This document shows, piece after piece, positions 21,401 through 23,519 of a stretch of 23,519 nucleotides of DNA. The stretch lies in the NCBI GenBank assembly GCA_002269645.1, contig NIVC01005180.1:1-23519 (forward strand), in the 5' to 3' direction. Under the pieces are notes generated by a model. That model saw nothing but the letters and a program-made list of their open reading frames with translations. It had not been told where the DNA came from and searched no databases. The number at the start of each line of letters is the position of its first letter. Position 1 is the stretch's first letter. A program made the translations under genes and the position numbers. This DNA comes from Macrostomum lignano. Its lineage: Eukaryota.

Positions 21401-22425
21401 TCTGGTGCACCGAGACCGCGCGGAATCGCTGCACTTGGCACCGCCGCCGCCGATGACCCCCGGCTGTTGCGACTCGGCGCCGCTGCACTCCGAGTCGGCG
21501 ATAAAGCGGACGGCGAACACCAGCCGTCCTTCAGGCGGCAGCGGGGCGCTTCGAGTTGGAGCTGCGTCCGGCGCTTCGAGTTGGAGCTGCGTCCGTCACC
21601 GCCGCCGCCAGTCAGCTCCGTCCACGAGCGCACCTGGTTGAGTTAAAGACCGGGTCTGAGATTTAAAACTGCCTGTGCACCACCTGTCAAGAGGGGCTGA
21701 GCAGTGGAGCGGTAGCTCGTGACATGCCGACTCTCTCGCTCTGGGTTGCCTGGGTTCGATTCGAGAGCGGTCACATTAATCTGGGGCTCCCGAACAGTCA
21801 TACGATTCATACTGATGAGGGTCAACGCCTCCTCTGGCCCTTGTTTTTGTAATATACCGGTAACGCCTGGCCGCTGTGCGTGCTCAGGGGTCAGCAAGAT
21901 GTGCAGAACTGCTTTTCAACTCAACTTTCGCATAAATTTATGACGGAACCCAACAGCCACCCTGCGACAAACCAACTAAGCTGCCCCAGTTAATAATAGA
22001 CTAACGAGCGCACCTGAGCTCGCTGAAACTGCTGACTGAAGACGCCGCCTCGGCTCTCCAGCACGTAGCCGGCGTCATCCTTCAGCGCCCAGAGCTCCAG
22101 GCTCTCCTTCTTCAGACGCGGCGCACTCTGGACAGTCTGTACAGCTCCTCGCTCAGCAGGCACTGGTTCTCCGAGGCCTCCACGGCTGGCAGAGCGGCCG
22201 CCTCCAACCCGAGGACTTCGGGCTCGTCGCCGAGGCCGACGTCATCCATCAGGAGGCAGCCGTCTCCAATGACACCGCCGCTGCCACCGGCGCTATCGAG
22301 AATGTCAAAGTGGTCGACGACGCCCGCGCCGAGGCCGCTGCTGACACCGCCAACTCCGAAGGTGGTGGGCAGTAGCGGGCTGCTGGCTGAGCCGCCGCTG
22401 CCCCCGGTGCGAGCCAGTCGGACAT
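188..22425 (-). CDS. Spliced gene model (up to 15 exons, ~1,500 aa): PH-like / PPxY / WW-like / Pro-rich / glycine-rich repeats / uncharacterised C-terminal region
   Basis: Exons 22425-22014, 21633-21306, 19618-19415, 19196-18765, 18111-18031, 16460-16352, 14670-14318, 7839-7195, 5993-5850, 5515-5411, 4963-4646, 3978-3205, 2785-2562, 1180-981, 403-188. All have GT donors (mostly GTGAG) and AG acceptors with compatible phases. The total of 4545 nt plus six inferred 1-nt deletions gives an open frame. The 16460->188 part is well supported; the linkage of the upstream exons is less so. Confidence 0.65.
448..946. repeat. 25-bp minisatellite (ggagggcgattcattagggctatct), about 19 copies
   Basis: Visible periodicity; degenerate at both ends. 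Confidence 0.95.
981..1180 (-). CDS. Internal exon (DCPKLKSLSSDVAAN...VIFYLRDYRRQAMRFAP/KPLRPAIQQAVAEALLAMKKEL), one inferred 1-nt deletion
   Basis: Acceptor aacccAG (1182-1181) and donor GTGAGC (980). The length of 200 nt is one short of a codon multiple, and the frame switches at the GGGG run 1047-1050. Confidence 0.7.
1788..1843 (+). pseudogene. Diverged fragment resembling eukaryotic 28S rRNA helices 69-71 (R2 / I-PpoI target region)
   Basis: GTAAACGGCGG-AGTAACTATagctgcattcaagtcgtCAAATGaCTCGTCAgCTAA versus the recalled 28S GTAAACGGCGGGAGTAACTATGACTCTCTTAAGGTAGCCAAATGCCTCGTCATCTAA: 45/57 identical by manual alignment. Confidence 0.65.
2200..2525. repeat. 31-bp minisatellite (cacacggatccacacagacaggcacagcaga), about 10 copies
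   Basis: Visible periodicity. Confidence 0.95.
2562..2785 (-). CDS. Internal exon (LYLICLSLLPSCSRRKLYNL...LFALPW/GDTLELPLLAAMSVQAYLSDEISDSMR), one inferred 1-nt deletion
   Basis: Poly-C tract then cAG acceptor (2787-2786); donor GTTCGT (2561). Joins ORF-track frames 2066..2833 and 2040..2645 at a GGG run (2641-2643). Confidence 0.7.
3205..3978 (-). CDS. Large internal exon, globular-looking region (HGKLVEYCSNTVRVAPYFVVRDPPGDALFVTG...LDVDFWDTERYEGFSF...PIASPWAQ)
   Basis: Acceptor cctcacAG (3980-3979), donor GTGAGG (3204); 774 nt open, overlapping ORF 3136..3945. Confidence 0.85.
4100..4620. repeat. 42-bp minisatellite (cctgtagacacaggtgcagacaccacatcctcaatcccaaca), about 12 copies
   Basis: Visible periodicity; some 40-bp variants. 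Confidence 0.95.
4646..4963 (-). CDS. Internal exon (VTNQSAFNFVAPE...LFDHVLCQVELYM)
   Basis: Acceptor caacAG (4965-4964), donor GTGAGT (4645); 318 nt, phase 0-0; lies within ORF 4577..5005. Confidence 0.8.
5068..5386. repeat. 21-bp minisatellite (gtagaatgagctcacacacgg), about 15 copies
   Basis: Visible periodicity. Confidence 0.95.
5411..5515 (-). CDS. Small internal exon (VGCTRKVRIRHPVVLSAVNLPPQMGRGEQYCVNIE)
   Basis: Acceptor cactcAG (5517-5516), donor GTGAGC (5410); 105 nt, phase 0-0; lies within ORF 5369..5578. Confidence 0.75.
5741..5823. repeat. 21-bp purine-rich repeat (agggagaggtgtagggaatgc), about 4 copies
   Basis: Visible periodicity. Confidence 0.9.
5850..5993 (-). CDS. Internal exon (LEPNEQYTVTALFHGRL...SLVGRQFTG)
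   Basis: Acceptor cccgcAG (5995-5994), donor GTGAGT (5849); 144 nt, phase 0-0. Confidence 0.8.
6085..6530. repeat. 31-bp minisatellite (aggtttaggtcaggccaggctgggtgtcaga), about 14 copies
   Basis: Visible periodicity. Confidence 0.95.
7195..7839 (-). CDS. Glycine-rich exon running into a beta-rich region (GGNGGCGGPGG...RLLITADNPCLLMLVEADLRGG...EFFFPSAQVVVTNVRLRNRGGMALP...TFTLPK)
   Basis: Acceptor gattacAG (7841-7840), donor GTGAGC (7194); 645 nt open, extending ORF 7183..7752. Confidence 0.85.
8100..10268. repeat. 44-bp satellite (tgctcgatgcctacaggtgtctcaagaatgaatgaagctccaca), about 49 copies
   Basis: Highly homogeneous head-to-tail array without spacers. Confidence 0.98.
11055..11122. repeat. 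Degenerate (GGTCA)n run at the stop of the nested ORF
   Basis: ggtcaggtcaggtc... pentamers. Confidence 0.6.
11108..12769 (-). CDS. Single-exon 553-aa low-complexity Q/H/S/G-rich protein nested in an intron of the host gene
   Basis: Uninterrupted 1662-nt ORF with an ATG preceded by an in-frame TAA and the same GC3-rich codon usage as the host exons. Candidate AATAAA signals lie downstream (plus-strand TTTATT near 10795 and 10890). Confidence 0.8.
   Translation of the reverse strand: MTTKLQHHLVHPHHQHDKTDSNIASFGGTVTTTLSAAEGSGLRSVEKNAVLTEQLGGNQQHLLLHSVGSDAASGTSTGGTGDSGSVDDDALSAASGVSSGVSTDSAEMLERRLLLQRQQLLLQQQQQLQQQLQQQHQHQQQSERFASLLTVERGPATWTSHAQVNFRYRSDRLYYLDSASRLHGPMDQREQCQVASVRRYVSRSSSSQPPVATRSHHRTMHTVQTAAAGPPASGAAAATSSGFVSSATGGLDDGILLLERRLTSQSQHQHQHHQLPYSRVQVNRYDDWNSGPAPMPRSYSQQLDYGAGFRRQRSHRDQPVHQQHHSYHRQHQQFRGRQHSNPGFDARLEHLERSLNDAMESIRRQTSVQQQQQTRQSHHHQHHQHHGGRPQNQQHLYIASEHQDSAELNRRFSSEPPFEFRYSQRTMTHEPPQVTEEVETTTLQPIGRGIHDLGSGSRVIATQVQQQQQQYSLTEQRGTVGRVSRLAVRPPEAGARSLSANRNATLRASTPVSPKPLTVGGSGGGGGGGFSRGRHLSATPSSSGSSRRSTDLA
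12883..12893 (+). promoter_or_regulatory. YY1-like motif (AAATGGCCGCC) in GC-rich DNA about 115 nt upstream of the nested ATG
   Basis: Resembles the AANATGGC core; sequence match only. Confidence 0.2.
14318..14670 (-). CDS. Glycine-rich exon (AGGRGEDGGRGGDGG...HSFHLLLSGNPASLRVSGG...AIIFADLHGGRGG...GGNGGT)
   Basis: Acceptor ctctgcAG (14672-14671), donor GTGAGT (14317); phase 1-0. Continues directly into the GGNGG exon at 7839. Confidence 0.85.
15411..15456. repeat. (CT)n microsatellite
   Basis: Direct reading. Confidence 0.95.
16352..16460 (-). CDS. Exon starting the Gly-X-Y region (PQLIVISSCGLNGVDGLKGEDGRDGHPGEEGMPACI)
   Basis: Acceptor tttttcAG (16462-16461), donor GTGAGC (16351); 109 nt, phase 0-1, matching the next exon. 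Confidence 0.8.
16535..16790. repeat. 26-29-bp minisatellite (cttttggtcggacacagctaggtggt), about 9 copies
   Basis: Visible periodicity. Confidence 0.9.
17515..17870. repeat. 23-bp minisatellite (acccaaattcagtgacactgctc), about 15 copies
   Basis: Visible periodicity. Confidence 0.95.
18031..18111 (-). CDS. Candidate proline-rich exon (ICPPRPPLPPPPAVSPTGSNLGRLLLS)
   Basis: Strong donor GTGAGT (18030) and weak acceptor gggcAG (18113-18112); 81 nt, phase 0-0. It could be skipped without changing the frame. Confidence 0.45.
18765..19196 (-). CDS. Exon with a degenerate WW-like domain (LPEHVQHLWDFNLDRAVFVDHANKAVFYEDPR)
   Basis: Branch-like CTGACTAAT then cAG (19198-19197); donor GTGAGG (18764); 432 nt open, overlapping ORF 18690..19100. 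The motif resembles WW spacing (LP...aromatic-VDH...EDPR) by eye. Confidence 0.7.
19235..19365. repeat. ~30-bp degenerate repeat (caggtgctcagactgagcctcatc...), about 4 copies
   Basis: Visible periodicity. Confidence 0.8.
19415..19618 (-). CDS. Exon with a PPxY motif (RQEFQGRWDKCHPSM...QQPPSYESIMTQMKSCQVPAV)
   Basis: Donor GTGAGT (19414). The acceptor position is uncertain (cgccAG at 19620-19619 was chosen). Lies within ORF 19376..19636. Confidence 0.55.
19682..20120. repeat. 61-bp minisatellite (gaggaagcggccactcccaaaatatccctcaggaagggcggagaggcgaattccccgcatt), about 7 copies
   Basis: Visible periodicity. Confidence 0.95.
20955..21195. repeat. 33-bp minisatellite (aagcttcggctgaattaaaactaagggaattac), about 7 copies
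   Basis: Visible periodicity. Confidence 0.9.
21306..21633 (-). CDS. Exon with a PH-like C-terminal half (RLVFAVRFIAD...VQRFRAVSVHQMYRWMLVLRRLF), two inferred 1-nt deletions
   Basis: Acceptor caaccAG (21635-21634), donor GTTTGC (21305). Stitches three ORF-track frames. FRAVSVHQMYRWMLVL resembles the terminal strand plus Trp-containing helix of PH domains. Confidence 0.5.
21692..21772 (+). mobile_element. tRNA-like Pol III head (possible SINE)
   Basis: A-box-like ctgagcagTGGagcggtagc (~21698-21717) and B-box GGTTCGATTC (21753-21762) at tRNA-like spacing; no convincing cloverleaf. Confidence 0.35.
22014..22425 (-). CDS. Putative first coding exon (MSDWLAPG/GSGGSASSPLLP...ENQCLLSEELYRLSRVRR/LKKESLELWALKDDAGY...FQRAQ), two inferred 1-nt deletions
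   Basis: ATG at 22425-22423, GC3-rich codons, donor GTGCGC (22013). LLSEELYRL...KKESLELW could be PH strands 1-2. Needs +1 at the C5 run (22401-22405) and +1 near 22115. Confidence 0.45.
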
Positions 22426-23519
22426 AGCTTGCTCACTGCTGCTCCTGGCCTTCCTGGGTTGTCTTCAATAGAGATGAATTCGCAGAAGAGCTAGACTTGG
22501 ATTTGTTATACTACTAAAGGGAGACAGCTAGCAGGGTCTGCGCAGCGTTGTTGTTGGCGCAGCACCTTTTATGCAGTCTAGACCATATGATGCTGAGGGC
22601 AAAGATTATCATTTTAAAGTAATACATATTCCATTTATATACTTTTTACATTAAGCATAACCAATAGCAGGAAATTAGTTTTAAACATATAAACTCTTGG
22701 ATATGTCACTTTAAAAGTTGAAAAAATTGTAAATTATTCTGGAATTTACTCATAATAACTTACTCATAATAGCTATAATTTTATATTGAATATAAAATCT
22801 AGTATTTTTCGTTGAATACTTAAAATAATAATATAGCTATACAAGAAATTTAAAGTATAAAAATTTAAGGTATACAATTGTAGGTAATTTAAAAACATGA
22901 AAATTTCACCTTTTCATGCTTACTAAATTAGCTTGCTGGTCAAAATACAAGAATACTAAAATTTTTGCCTGTAGCCTTTAATATTACTGTTGACTATGGA
23001 AGTTAATATAAAATATGATAGTCCATGACTCCTTAAATCTGTAAGAGCCCTTGATATTAGAGACTAAGACAATTCTTTATCGAAAAAAATAAAATACAGA
23101 TCCAGACAAGATTTCACACCCAGGAGCTCGAAAACGAACTCAAATTTACAATTATATTTAACTTCTGCTGGACACAGCTACGCTTACAAATCATGCTCAA
23201 CTAATCAAAGACAACTACAGAGCAAAACCAAAGCTTCTGAGTCCTGACAAGAAAAAAATTACTCCAATTTAAGTCTTGCGCTATAATTAGTGTGGCGATT
23301 ATGGCGAGCGAGCCAAGATCGATTAAAATAGTTCCAAGAAACCTATGATGTTCAAATATGGTTAATAAAAAACACGAATAACAAAAGAGCGCTGAAAAAT
23401 TTAGATAAAATGATGTTAAAGAAAAGTTTGTAACTTCAAAATAAAACTTTATTAATAATGCTAGATAAGATATTATGTAATATTTTTAAACACAATTTTC
23501 AGTTGCTTTTATCACATTA

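Noticed and set aside
21814-21845. Hammerhead ribozyme core (CTGATGAG) after the tRNA-like head, as in schistosome SINEs
   Set aside because: A weak stem II (gggtc/ggccc) is possible, but the required GAAA does not follow.
22778-22918. Inverted repeats attttatatt-g-aatataaaat (22778-22798) and catgaaaa-7-ttttcatg (22896-22918)
   Set aside because: Expected fairly often in such AT-rich sequence; no matching terminal repeats defining an element.

Overview
Eukaryotic genomic DNA with GC-rich exons and minisatellite-filled introns. The style resembles the flatworm Macrostomum, but that is inference only. Most of the window is one long minus-strand spliced gene that I reconstructed by hand from GT-AG sites: up to 15 exons, 22425->188, about 1,500 aa. 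Its order is a PH-like region, a PPxY motif, a degenerate WW-like domain, a proline-rich exon, a long GGxGG/GXY glycine-rich region, and an uncharacterised globular C-terminal region. Six single-base deletions are needed to keep the frame and there are no nonsense substitutions, so these are probably long-read errors. The join of the first five exons to the rest is less certain. An intact single-exon 553-aa Q/H-rich ORF (12769->11108) lies on the same strand inside the 6.5-kb intron. There are about 13 unrelated tandem arrays (16-61 bp units) and no CRISPR array. The most unusual signals are a diverged 28S rRNA H69-H71 (R2/I-PpoI target) look-alike at 1788-1843 with an apparently preserved stem, an intron bounded by a 13-bp direct repeat that supplies both splice sites, and the same-strand nested gene. 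All calls are by eye; no searches were run.
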